Origin: an uncultured Gammaproteobacteria bacterium
GTDB lineage: Bacteria > Patescibacteriota > Patescibacteriia > Patescibacteriales > UBA12465
Direction: 5' to 3'
Length of the DNA stretch: 64,000 bases
Assembly (NCBI GenBank): GCA_964588435.1
Contig: CAZPPI010000003.1
Coordinates: 52-64,051, forward strand
This document shows, piece by piece, positions 1 through 9,332 of the stretch; the stretch's first letter is position 1, and each line of letters begins with the position of its first letter. The notes under the pieces are model-generated. The model had not been told where the DNA came from. It ran no database searches and saw only the letters and a program-made list of their open reading frames with translations. Both the position numbers and the translations under genes were made by a program.

Positions 1-109
1 TTTGGAGGAGAAATAAATTATTAAACTTATTACAAGTTTATTGATTCTTGGTGAAAGGTATGACACAATATTTGTTTAAAAAAGTTATTTAAAAAAAGGA
101 GATTAAAAA

Positions 110-556
110 ATGACAAAACTTTTCAGTATTGACACGGAACTCGGAAAACTTAAATGTGTTTTTCGAGCTATTAAGGATGACTGGGCAAATAAGCCTGAGC
201 TGATTGTTGTGTCCAAGGACTTCAAAGATGTGGTTCCGGCTGGAGAAATCATTGACTCTTTTATGAGGGACCTCTTATTTGGCAATAATTTTGGCTATTT
301 CACTCTTTTCGTAGGTATTATTGCGAGCCCAACAATTAGTTTTTGGCTGGTAATTTCTGAAGATGATCAAACTTCTTGCTTAAAAGCAACTTTTCAGGTT
401 TTTTTTGAAAGAGAAGAATTAGGACCACATTTTGATGGAGAGATAGAGCTTGCGTCTATCAGAACCACACTCTGGAATGTTTATTCATTTTTTAATGATG
501 GTAATCATTTCATGGTTAATGCAGAAGAGAAGTTCGAAAGTCTCTTTTCCGATTAA
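110..556 (+). CDS. hypothetical protein (148 aa)
   Basis: Intact ORF. AGGAG at 97-101 lies 8 nt upstream of the ATG. One hydrophobic stretch (FGYFTLFVGIIASPTISFWLVI). A hairpin terminator follows. No family motif recognised. Confidence 0.5.
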   Translation: MTKLFSIDTELGKLKCVFRAIKDDWANKPELIVVSKDFKDVVPAGEIIDSFMRDLLFGNNFGYFTLFVGIIASPTISFWLVISEDDQTSCLKATFQVFFEREELGPHFDGEIELASIRTTLWNVYSFFNDGNHFMVNAEEKFESLFSD

Positions 557-574
557 GACAAAAAAATAAAAGAT

Positions 575-606
575 CCTGGAGCTAAAGAAGTTCCAGGGTT
601 TTTTCT
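575..606 (+). terminator. rho-independent terminator
   Basis: Stem CCTGGA(575-580)/TCCAGG(592-597) followed by a T-run. Confidence 0.6.
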
Positions 607-664
607 TTTCCTTAATTTCCTAAGCCTTTGATTTTTTCCGATCTTTTATGTTATTATAGAGGAT

Positions 665-2722
665 ATGAAGAGAAGATTTATATATTTTTTAATACTCTCA
701 TTTTTAATCGGAACGCCTCTTTCGGCTAGTGTTAGTCCGAACGATTTTTACTATGTCAATCAATGGTATTTATCGAAAATAAAAGCTGATAAAGCTTGGG
801 AGAAAATCTCGCAAACGCCAGATATCGTCGTCGCCGTGATTGATTCTGGAATTGATATAAATCATCCCGACTTAAGGGAAAATATTTGGGTTAATGAGAG
901 GGAAATCGCCGCAAGCGGAAAGGACGATGATAATAATGGTTTTATTGATGATAAGTATGGCTGGGACTTTGTTAATAATGTTCCTGACCCGAAACCAAAG
1001 TTTATTGAAGATTGGACCGAATCAGGAATTTCTCACGGGACTTTAATCGCGGGAATTATTGCGGCAAGGGGAAATAATAATGAGGGCATAGCGGGAATTA
1101 CTTGGGAGGCGAAAATAATGGCTCTTAAAGCTTTTAATGATAGGGGTGAAGGAAAAATTAGTGATATTGTGCGGGCGATTGATTACGCCATTAATAATGG
1201 TGCTCATATTATCAATCTAAGTTTTATGAACTTAGAATATAGCGATTCTTTACAAGAAGCGATTATCAGAGCTCATCGGGCTGGCTTAATTATTGTGGCG
1301 GCGGCTGGTAATGAACTTGGCGGCGGTTATGGTTATAATACCAAGGAAAAGCCAGTTTATCCGGCCTGTTATGATGGACGTTTAGTCGGAGAAAATATGG
1401 TTATTGGCGTAGCGGCAACTGATGCCCTAGACCAAAAAACAAACTTTTCCGCTTATGGTGAAAATTGTATTGATATTAGCGCACCCGGAATTAGTTTCTT
1501 TGGCGCAATAACAAGAGGCGGAAGTTTTAGTGATGAAAATTTATTATACGACGGTTACTGGTCAGGAACTTCAATGGCCGCTCCTCTTGTTTCAGGAACT
1601 TTGGCTTTAATTATGCAGGCTAATCCGGAGTTATCACGCCAGGAAATAGTAAGTATTTTATTTGCTTCAAGTGATGATATTAGTAAATTAAATCCAAACT
1701 ATCAGAACCAATTAGGTAATGGTCGTTTGAATGTTGATGGGGCGGTTGAGATGGCTAAAACAAAATTATATAGTCGCTTAGGACTTCTTTTAGTCTTGCC
1801 TGATAAAAAAGAAACTTTAGATAAAGATGGAAATAAAAAAGAAATAAGTTTTCGTGGACCAAATGGCGTTTTTGCTTTTAGTGTAAATAATAAAAGTTTT
1901 GATGGTTATAGCGAAATAAAAAGTGGGGACACTAATGGCGACGGTAATTTTGAATTAGTTCTAGGAGCTTCTATCGGCGAGGAGCCGAGAGTAAAAGTGA
2001 TGACTTACGACGGGCGAACGAAGGCAGAATTTTTAGCTTATGATAAAAACTTTTTAGGGGGAATAAGTTTAGCGCTTGGTGATATAGATGGAGATGAAAA
2101 ATTGGAAATTATAGTTGCACCAAAGACTAAGGGAAACGGAAGGATTAAAATTTTTGATATAAACGGAAAATTGAAAAAAGAAATTAATGCTTATGACAGA
2201 AATTTTAAAGGCGAAGTTGTTCTTGCTTCAGGGAATTTAGACGGCAAGGGGGCTGACGAGATTGCTCTTGCTTTTGGCGAGGGCAGGCGTTCTGATATTA
2301 GAATTTTATCGGGAGGCGGGAAACTAATCGGCGCTTTTTTTGCCTTTAATAAAAATTATTTAGGCGGAGTTGAACTTGAGGTCGCTAATTTAGATGGCCT
2401 AAAAAACGGGGCTAAAGCAGAAATTATTGTTTTACCAAAAAATGGAATTATGACGGAAGTAAAAGTCTTTAATGATAAAGGTAAATTATTAAATTCTTTT
2501 CCCGCTTTTTCTCGCAGTTATAAAAATGGAGCGAACTTATCAGCCGGTGATTTAAATAATGACGGGGTTTTAGAAATTGTTGTGGCGGCTCGCTCCGGAA
2601 GTAGCTCGGCTCCTCACGTTAGAGTTTTTAATATGAAAGGAATAATCATGGAGTCTTTTTATGCCTGGGAAGTAAATTATAATGGTGGTGTTAGAGCGAC
2701 TGCTTTAAAAATAAAAAATTAA
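665..2722 (+). CDS. secreted subtilisin-family (S8) serine protease fused to a C-terminal FG-GAP/VCBS-type repeat region
   Basis: Signal-peptide-like N-terminus. Catalytic triad motifs in the canonical order: VVAVIDSGID (Asp), SHGTLIAGIIAA (His), GTSMAAPLVSG (Ser). The C-terminal half has at least 5 repeats of the Ca-binding-like motif (GDTNGDGNFELVLGA, GDIDGDEKLEIIVAP, GNLDGKGADEIALAF, GDLNNDGVLEIVVAA). Confidence 0.85.
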   Translation: MKRRFIYFLILSFLIGTPLSASVSPNDFYYVNQWYLSKIKADKAWEKISQTPDIVVAVIDSGIDINHPDLRENIWVNEREIAASGKDDDNNGFIDDKYGWDFVNNVPDPKPKFIEDWTESGISHGTLIAGIIAARGNNNEGIAGITWEAKIMALKAFNDRGEGKISDIVRAIDYAINNGAHIINLSFMNLEYSDSLQEAIIRAHRAGLIIVAAAGNELGGGYGYNTKEKPVYPACYDGRLVGENMVIGVAATDALDQKTNFSAYGENCIDISAPGISFFGAITRGGSFSDENLLYDGYWSGTSMAAPLVSGTLALIMQANPELSRQEIVSILFASSDDISKLNPNYQNQLGNGRLNVDGAVEMAKTKLYSRLGLLLVLPDKKETLDKDGNKKEISFRGPNGVFAFSVNNKSFDGYSEIKSGDTNGDGNFELVLGASIGEEPRVKVMTYDGRTKAEFLAYDKNFLGGISLALGDIDGDEKLEIIVAPKTKGNGRIKIFDINGKLKKEINAYDRNFKGEVVLASGNLDGKGADEIALAFGEGRRSDIRILSGGGKLIGAFFAFNKNYLGGVELEVANLDGLKNGAKAEIIVLPKNGIMTEVKVFNDKGKLLNSFPAFSRSYKNGANLSAGDLNNDGVLEIVVAARSGSSSAPHVRVFNMKGIIMESFYAWEVNYNGGVRATALKIKN

Positions 2723-2726
2723 ACAT

Positions 2727-3749
2727 ATGAGTAAACAAGTTATTTTCGACAAAAAAAATGTAATAGTCGCGGGTGGTGCTGGTTTTATTGGTTCTCATCT
2801 TTGCGATGAATTGGTTAAGAATTGTAAGGTTATCTGTATTGATAATTTTATTTCTAGTAGCGAAAGAAATATTGATCATTTATTAGCTAATCCAGATTTT
2901 ATTTTTATTAATCACGATTTATCGACTCCAATCGACTTGGAGAATATTGAAGCTCTAAAAAGATTTAAAATTCAGTTTCAAGGAATTCAGGAAATTTATA
3001 ATTTAGCTTGTCCGATGTCGCCGAAGAAATTTTTAGAAAATCGTTTAGCGACGATTTTAGCTAATTCTTACGTGGTAAAAAATTTATTAGATTTAGCAGT
3101 TAAGTATAACGCGAAGATGCTTCATTTTTCTTCATCAGTTGTCTATGGTTTGCGTCATGACGATGATAAAAGCTATAAAGCCAAGGAGACTGATCTTGGT
3201 TCAGTTAATCATCTTTCTCTTCGTGGCTCCTATGATGAAGGTAAGAGATTTGCCGAAACCATGGTTTTTAATTATCGAGAGATTTTCAAGATTGATGCTC
3301 GTATTATTCGTTTATTCAGAGTATACGGTCCAAGAATGCAGACTGATGATTATCAGATGGTTCCCGATTTTATTAATAATGCGCTTGATGGCAAGGACTT
3401 AGTTATTTCTGGCGGTGAAAAATTTTCTTCTTCTTTTTGTTATATTGAAGATGCGCTTGATGGCATTTTTAAGTTTATGAACTCTCATTTAAGTGGCCCG
3501 ATAAATATTGGTTCCGATGTTGATATTAGGATGCTTGACTTTGTTAGGTTAATTATTAAAGAAACTGAATCAAATTCGAAAATAGTTTATGAGGACGGAA
3601 AGCTTTTCTTTTCCGAATTAATTTTACCAGATATTCACCTAGCTAGAAATGAACTAAGCTGGATGCCGGTCGTTACTTTAGAAAATGGTATTAGAAAGAC
3701 AATTTTTGATATTGAAGCTCATAAAAAACTTAAGAATATGCATAATTAA
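2727..3749 (+). CDS. NAD-dependent sugar-nucleotide epimerase/dehydratase, UDP-glucuronate decarboxylase (UXS)-like
   Basis: Rossmann motif GGAGFIGSHLCDEL. NLACPMSP, the catalytic YDEGKRFAE and RLFRVYGPRM resemble the UXS subgroup of SDRs. Confidence 0.8.
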   Translation: MSKQVIFDKKNVIVAGGAGFIGSHLCDELVKNCKVICIDNFISSSERNIDHLLANPDFIFINHDLSTPIDLENIEALKRFKIQFQGIQEIYNLACPMSPKKFLENRLATILANSYVVKNLLDLAVKYNAKMLHFSSSVVYGLRHDDDKSYKAKETDLGSVNHLSLRGSYDEGKRFAETMVFNYREIFKIDARIIRLFRVYGPRMQTDDYQMVPDFINNALDGKDLVISGGEKFSSSFCYIEDALDGIFKFMNSHLSGPINIGSDVDIRMLDFVRLIIKETESNSKIVYEDGKLFFSELILPDIHLARNELSWMPVVTLENGIRKTIFDIEAHKKLKNMHN

Positions 3750-3796
3750 ATTTAGGCTCTTCTTAAGAAAAACTTCTAAAAACTTTATAAAAATTT

Positions 3797-3820
3797 AAAG
3801 ACCCCATCAGGGGTCTTTTG
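3797..3820 (+). terminator. rho-independent terminator
   Basis: AAAGACCCC-atca-GGGGTCTTT hairpin followed by T residues. Confidence 0.7.
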
Positions 3821-3869
3821 TTATAGTGGGGAGGCTTATTAATTTATTAATTTATCTAAATATAATTTT

Positions 3870-4808
3870 ATGACCATCAAAAAAAAGTTATTTCTTTTAA
3901 GTCTAAGGATTAAAAGAAAATTAAAGAGTTATTTGAAAAAATTTTTTCTGCGTGAGGACTTAGGATTAAAATTTGATTTTAAACTAGCTTCTTGGCGACG
4001 TTTATTTAAATGTTTGCGCCCAAGCAGTTTAATTTTAGTTTTAAGTCTTCCGGTCTGTGTTTTAAGCTTTTATTATTTAGTTGCCTTTTTTAGTGTTAGT
4101 CCAAAAGCAGTTTGCCTTGAGGCTCTGAAGTTTTCTTTTGAAAATGATAAAGCTTGTCGGGAAAATTGCGCCCTTTATCGTCTAGAAAATAAGACTTGTT
4201 TGATTGAAGCGCTTGAAGTTGAGACTAATGCTAATTCTGCAAATTTAGAAAAAAAGATTTTTAGTTATTTAAAAGATGAAAGTCTCGATTTTAATTTTCG
4301 TTTTGAATTAGTTGATGTTATCGCTCAAGCATCTCCTAGTAGAACGGCGCCAGATTTTTTAATCTCGTATCTTGAATCCTCTCTTGGCGATGAAAAAATA
4401 AAGGCTGAAATTTTTAAGGCTTTTGATTGGGAATTAGTGGCGGATGACCCTCTTGCTTATTATTTGGCGATTATAGATAGCGAGGCTTCTTTAGATCTTC
4501 GTTTAGCAGCGGCTCTAAAAATTAGTTCCTACCCGGAAAAAAGCTTAGTTTTTAAAACTAAAGATTTAGAGATTTTAAAAGAGGTGATTTTCAAGCCGCA
4601 AACACCAGCTTATCTTCGCCAATCTTTAGTGCTGCTTTTAGGTGATTATCGACATTATTTTCCAGAAGAGAGCAACTTATTATTAGCAGAAATTGAAAAA
4701 AATAATTTTAGAACTGACAATATTAGTCGCGCCTTTGCGGCTGATTTTATCGGTTTACCACTACCAGAAATAAGTCAGGAAGAATGGAATCTTTATTATA
4801 ATAGATAG
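3870..4808 (+). CDS. hypothetical membrane-anchored protein (312 aa)
   Basis: Basic N-terminus, then one TM segment (LILVLSLPVCVLSFYYLVAFF). No family motif recognised. Confidence 0.5.
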   Translation: MTIKKKLFLLSLRIKRKLKSYLKKFFLREDLGLKFDFKLASWRRLFKCLRPSSLILVLSLPVCVLSFYYLVAFFSVSPKAVCLEALKFSFENDKACRENCALYRLENKTCLIEALEVETNANSANLEKKIFSYLKDESLDFNFRFELVDVIAQASPSRTAPDFLISYLESSLGDEKIKAEIFKAFDWELVADDPLAYYLAIIDSEASLDLRLAAALKISSYPEKSLVFKTKDLEILKEVIFKPQTPAYLRQSLVLLLGDYRHYFPEESNLLLAEIEKNNFRTDNISRAFAADFIGLPLPEISQEEWNLYYNR

Positions 4809-4872
4809 GTCTAATTTAGGGTGAAAACTTGCTTAAAAAGTTGAAGGTTTAATTAATTTAATTAATAAATAT

Positions 4873-7800
4873 ATGAAGTTTAAAAATGTAAATTACAAAA
4901 AAGTTTTGGTCTGGTTCATTCCTCTATTTGCCTTTATTTTTTTATTATTACCCGGAGTTTGTCGGGCGATGCCGCCCGGAACTTTGCTTTATCGGACAAC
5001 TGATAATGGAAAGATGTTTGGTTATTCCGGTGACCCCTTAATTGAATCAGTCGCTGGCGTTATGACCGGCATTAATCCAGGTCATGTGGGAATTTATATT
5101 GGTCAGGAGGATGGTGTTGATTATGTTGTTGAGGCTTTAGCAAGCGGAGTTGTTAAAACCAAATTGGAATATTTTGTTAATGAAAGTTCGGGTGAAGAAT
5201 TTTTAGGAGCAAAAATTCCCAAAGACTTAAGTCCTTTAAGACAGGCGAAGGCCGTTGCTTTAGCTAAAAATTTAGCGGAAGCTGGTTTAGCTTATGATAC
5301 TGATTTTCAGAAACAAAAAGGTCCAGACTCTGGTGATTGGACTTGCGTTGGTTTGGTTGAAAAAATTTATGAGAGTTCCGATATTTCTAATCCTGCTAAT
5401 TTACTTGAACTTGAATATAATGATGAAAATTATGCGATTAATATTACCCCTGATGGTTATGATGACTATAGTTTTTATAATAAAGAAGGGGACTGTTTTT
5501 CTCGTGACAAAGAGTTTTCTTTAATTGCTCCAAGAACAGATTTAATTCTTCCTTTGCCGGAAAAATATGGTTTTAATGCTGGTCTTATTTATCAAGGGGA
5601 TCGTTATATCTTTTTTCCTTATAGTCAATTTCTTCAAGAAACTTTAGAGGAAGTTATTGTTGATAAAAAAATTAGTTCCGAGTTTTCTGCCAAAGATATT
5701 AGAGGCGGAGTTAAGGTTTCTACTATATTACTTCGTTGGAGTTTAATTAATAATCCTAGTTCCGCGATTAAAATTGCTAAAGAAAATATTAAGCAGGGGT
5801 TTTCTTCTTTTTTTAATGATTTAAAAACAGCTATTGCCTACGCCTCGGAGAAAATTTTTAGTGATAATTCTAATGCATCAAGTTTGGTTTTAATTAATAA
5901 TGATGAGGTTAAAAATGATAATTCAAAGATCGCTCTTAATCAAGAAAAACCTGATTCAACTTTATCAAAAATCGGCGGCGTAACGGTAGCAACGGCTAAT
6001 TCTTCAAAGGAAAAAGCTAAAGTTGAAAATAATGTAGATAAAAATAGTTCAAAGACTGAGGCTAAAAAAGAATTTAGTCCTGATAATAATTTAGAGACAG
6101 CTTCAACTACGAATTTGGAAAAAGTTAAGGCTAGTTTGAGTTCTTTAATAACAGTAGCAACTCAAGTTTCAAGTTCTTCAACTCAAACTTCGAGTTCTTC
6201 TTTGCAAGTTGCAAATACTATGAGCCAAAATTCAAGTCTAGAAACGGCAAGTTATATAAATTCAAATTTAACTCAGGCCTCAAGTGAAGTTGTGACAAAT
6301 AATATTGAAAAAACCACTAATTTAAGTGTGGTAAAAAACGAGACGCCGACCGAAGCATTAAAAATTAGTAAAATTTATACAACAGGGGATAATGATTTTG
6401 TTGAACTCTATAATCCTAATAATTTTGCTATTAATCTTTTAACGACAAATTATCGTTTAGAAAAAGCTAAAACTGCTATTGATCCAGGGATTATGATGAG
6501 AATTGGTAATGAGGCAGATGGCTCTTATCCTGGTGGCATAATTATTCCCGCTAGAGGTTATTATCTAATTGTTAAAGATTCGGCCACTAATTATTATCTA
6601 AGTCGAGCGGATGCGATTGTGACGCGTTCTGATTTTAATCTAAGTGGTCTAAATCAGACGGTCTATCTTGGCATAGGGGCTATTAGTTCTTATGAGGACG
6701 AGGATATTGTTGATGTTGTTGGTTTCGGTCCAGATGCAAAATATTATTTAGGTTCAGCGCCTGCTCCTAAAATTGAAGATTATCATTTTCTAAATCGCTT
6801 TGCTTATAAAAATGATAATAGTCTTGATTATAATTTATTATTATCAGCGGAACCAGAAGCTATTGACGCTTGGGAGCTTGAAAATAATAATGAAAATTCC
6901 ATCCCTCCGTCTGAAGAAGACCCACCATCTTCGTCTGAAGAAGACCCACCATCTTCGTCTGAAGAAGACCCATTACCTTCGTCTGAAAATCCTGAGATTA
7001 GTGAATTTGATTTAGCTTTGAAATCAGTTATGATTCAAAAAATTGGAGTCTTTGCTAATGATGACTATATTGAGCTAGTTAATTTTAGTAACTTTGATAT
7101 AGATTTAGCTGCCCATAATTTTCGTTTAGAAAAAACTAAAACCGCTTCGGACCCAGTAATTATGATGAGAATTGGTGATCCGCTCGATGGTCACTATCAA
7201 AGAGGAACGGTGCTTGAGGCTAGTTCAACCTATTTAATCGTTAGAGAGGGAGCTGCTGATAGACTTTTAGAAATAGCTGATGCGATTGCGACTAGGGTTG
7301 AGTTTAATTTATCAGGAGATAATTATTCAGTTTTTCTAGGGACTGGTCCGCTAAGCTCTGGTGCTGATGAAGATATAGTAGATTTGGTTGGTTATGGTTC
7401 TAGTGCGCTTTATTATTCGGGTGTCGGTCCCGCTCAAACAATTCCTGATCGTTATTTTTTAGAAAGAATTCAGACAACTAATAATAATTCTTCTGACTTT
7501 TCTTTAGCCTATGATTATTTCTATATTGATCAAGAGTCAGAGGATAATCCTGAGAATTTTTGGAAAACACAAAGCTTGGAAGGACTTAAATATCTTTGGC
7601 ATTTCGACGATTGTTATGGTGATTTTCCGGGTCAGTCAATTGTTGGCAAATGGGCTTGTGGAAGAAAGTTTGGATATTATCCCGGAAATTTTTCTGGTGA
7701 CTTAGCTGATGGTCTTAATATGAATAATTTTAGTATTGGTTTCTATCATCATAATGATTATTATTGGCCTCGAATTGATCTTTCTTTAACTAATGATTAT

Positions 7801-8796
7801 GACAACTCTTTTTCAATTTCTATGGAGCCGGGCTTAGTCCAGGTTGGCGGAGTAGTTGATGGTGCAACTATTTATACCAATACTGATTTTAGTGATAGTT
7901 GGAATTATTTTACTTTAGTCGTTAATAGTTCAGAAAATTATTGGGCCCTTTATTCCAATGGACAAGAAATACTTCGTCGTAATTTTTTTGCGAATTTGCC
8001 GGAAATGAATTATTTTTCTTTGTCTGGCGGTACAGGTTCAATGTCTTTTGACGAAATAGCAATCTGGGACCGAGCTTTATCTCAGGGAGAAATTTCAGAA
8101 ATGCTGGTTCGTGACTTAGCTCTAGGCCCTCGCTCGTTATTAAAGATTCCGCCAGCAGCTGAACTTTTATATCATTGGGAGTTTAATGATTATGCTCAAA
8201 ATTTTACTTATGACAAAATCTACGGTCAATTATTAACTATTAATGAAGAATCTTGGACTAATCGTGCTCCCGATAATTATGCTGCCCTTGTTAATAATTA
8301 TGATCCGATTAAAGTTGACTTTTCGAATCCGTTAGTTTATCAAGATTTGTCCATAGCTTTCTGGTGGCGTAACTTTTCTCATCCAGATGAAGGTCGGGCG
8401 CGATTATCTTTTCTTGAAAATTATTTGTATGAAAATGAAGGAGGGAAGTTTGGCTTATCGCTTGATTATAATCGACAAAATTATATTTTTAATGGCGGGG
8501 AGATAACTCTTGCCGAAGGGCTGATGTCACAAATAGCTAATGACGGCGCTTGGCATCACTTGGCTTTGGTTTATGATTCTTCTCAATATAAATTAAAATT
8601 ATTTGTTGATGGACAAGAAAGTCTAGCTAAAGAACAAATTCCTTTCCAACCAGGGATGGAGCTAATAGATGCGCTAAGAATATCTTCCGATTCTCAAGCC
8701 TCTGCTATTGATGATTTGATGATTTTTAAAGGAGTGCTAAAAGACTCAGAAATCTATGATATTTATCAGGAGACGGGAGTAAATATAATTCCTTGA
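4873..8796 (+). CDS. large exported mosaic protein: permuted NlpC/P60 (YaeF/YiiX-like) amidase domain, Ser/Thr-rich linker, 2 lamin-tail domains, 2 LamG/concanavalin-like domains
   Basis: Signal-like N-terminus. His-then-Cys motif order (GHVGIYIG ... DWTCVGLVEKIYE). Duplicated LTD-type modules (DFVELYNPNNFAINL / DYIELVNFSNFDIDL). Two LamG_3-type C-terminal motifs (FDEIAIWDRALSQGEI; IDDLMIFKGVLKDSEI). Confidence 0.75.
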   Translation: MKFKNVNYKKVLVWFIPLFAFIFLLLPGVCRAMPPGTLLYRTTDNGKMFGYSGDPLIESVAGVMTGINPGHVGIYIGQEDGVDYVVEALASGVVKTKLEYFVNESSGEEFLGAKIPKDLSPLRQAKAVALAKNLAEAGLAYDTDFQKQKGPDSGDWTCVGLVEKIYESSDISNPANLLELEYNDENYAINITPDGYDDYSFYNKEGDCFSRDKEFSLIAPRTDLILPLPEKYGFNAGLIYQGDRYIFFPYSQFLQETLEEVIVDKKISSEFSAKDIRGGVKVSTILLRWSLINNPSSAIKIAKENIKQGFSSFFNDLKTAIAYASEKIFSDNSNASSLVLINNDEVKNDNSKIALNQEKPDSTLSKIGGVTVATANSSKEKAKVENNVDKNSSKTEAKKEFSPDNNLETASTTNLEKVKASLSSLITVATQVSSSSTQTSSSSLQVANTMSQNSSLETASYINSNLTQASSEVVTNNIEKTTNLSVVKNETPTEALKISKIYTTGDNDFVELYNPNNFAINLLTTNYRLEKAKTAIDPGIMMRIGNEADGSYPGGIIIPARGYYLIVKDSATNYYLSRADAIVTRSDFNLSGLNQTVYLGIGAISSYEDEDIVDVVGFGPDAKYYLGSAPAPKIEDYHFLNRFAYKNDNSLDYNLLLSAEPEAIDAWELENNNENSIPPSEEDPPSSSEEDPPSSSEEDPLPSSENPEISEFDLALKSVMIQKIGVFANDDYIELVNFSNFDIDLAAHNFRLEKTKTASDPVIMMRIGDPLDGHYQRGTVLEASSTYLIVREGAADRLLEIADAIATRVEFNLSGDNYSVFLGTGPLSSGADEDIVDLVGYGSSALYYSGVGPAQTIPDRYFLERIQTTNNNSSDFSLAYDYFYIDQESEDNPENFWKTQSLEGLKYLWHFDDCYGDFPGQSIVGKWACGRKFGYYPGNFSGDLADGLNMNNFSIGFYHHNDYYWPRIDLSLTNDYDNSFSISMEPGLVQVGGVVDGATIYTNTDFSDSWNYFTLVVNSSENYWALYSNGQEILRRNFFANLPEMNYFSLSGGTGSMSFDEIAIWDRALSQGEISEMLVRDLALGPRSLLKIPPAAELLYHWEFNDYAQNFTYDKIYGQLLTINEESWTNRAPDNYAALVNNYDPIKVDFSNPLVYQDLSIAFWWRNFSHPDEGRARLSFLENYLYENEGGKFGLSLDYNRQNYIFNGGEITLAEGLMSQIANDGAWHHLALVYDSSQYKLKLFVDGQESLAKEQIPFQPGMELIDALRISSDSQASAIDDLMIFKGVLKDSEIYDIYQETGVNIIP
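6910..6988 (+). repeat. 24-bp in-frame tandem repeat x3.3 (unit tctgaagaagacccaccatcttcg) encoding the SEEDPPSS linker
   Basis: Copies at 6910-6933 and 6934-6957 are identical. The copy at 6958-6981 has 2 substitutions. A partial fourth copy follows. Confidence 0.9.
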
Positions 8797-8840
8797 AATT
8801 AAGATATTACTTTAATTTTAGCTAATATAATATAAAAAAA

Positions 8841-8884
8841 ACCGTTTAAAAACTTTTGCAATAATAGTTTTAAGCGGTTTTTTC
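8841..8884 (+). terminator. rho-independent terminator
   Basis: Imperfect stem ACCGTTTAAAAAC / GTTTTAAGCGGT followed by TTTTTT. Confidence 0.6.
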
Positions 8885-8913
8885 TTGATTTTTTTTGTTT
8901 TTATTAGTATTAT
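8885..8913 (+). promoter_or_regulatory. sigma-70-type promoter for RNase P RNA
   Basis: TTGATT (8885-8890), 17-nt spacer, TATTAT (8908-8913). It ends about 7 nt upstream of the predicted RNA 5' end. Confidence 0.5.
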
Positions 8914-8920
8914 AAAAGAG

Positions 8921-9292
8921 CTATTGGGGGTGAGCGGGCGATCGCTCCTTTTACTTTAAATAGGAGGAGAGGAAAGTCCGGACTTCGTGAAAAGATAGTG
9001 GGTAATACCCACCAATCCGTTTCGACGGATTAGGGAAAGTGCCACAGAGACAATACTAATTTACCGTTTGGTAAATAAAAGGTGAAAAGAAATTAGATGT
9101 TTAAGAGGTAACTCTTAAGCTACTTTTTTCGGCCCCTGGTGACGGGGATGCCGTGGTAAACCCTATCTGAAGCAAGAGCAAACTTATCTTTTAAGATAAG
9201 AAAAAGTGGCTCGCTTGAACTAGTTGGCAACAACTAGTCTTAGATAAATGATCGCTAGAACAGAATCCGGCTTATAGCTGCCCCAAAAATAG
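8921..9292 (+). ncRNA. rnpB: RNase P RNA (bacterial type A)
   Basis: Universally conserved P4 strands GAGGAAAGTCCGGAC and ACAGAATCCGGCTTATAG. Conserved AGGGAAAGTGCCACAGAGA. The termini (CTATTGGGGG / CCCCAAAAATAG) can pair as P1. End coordinates are approximate, within about 5 nt. Confidence 0.9.
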
Positions 9293-9332
9293 CAAAAACA
9301 AATTAACTTTATTAGAATTAAAACACATTCAT

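Noticed and set aside
6355-7510. The two similar ~500-nt segments in the 1307-aa gene as a diversity-generating retroelement template/variable repeat pair.
   Set aside because: The differences are spread over all four bases and codon positions, at roughly 55-60 percent identity by eye. They are not adenine-specific. No reverse transcriptase gene is present in the window. This is an ordinary internal domain duplication.
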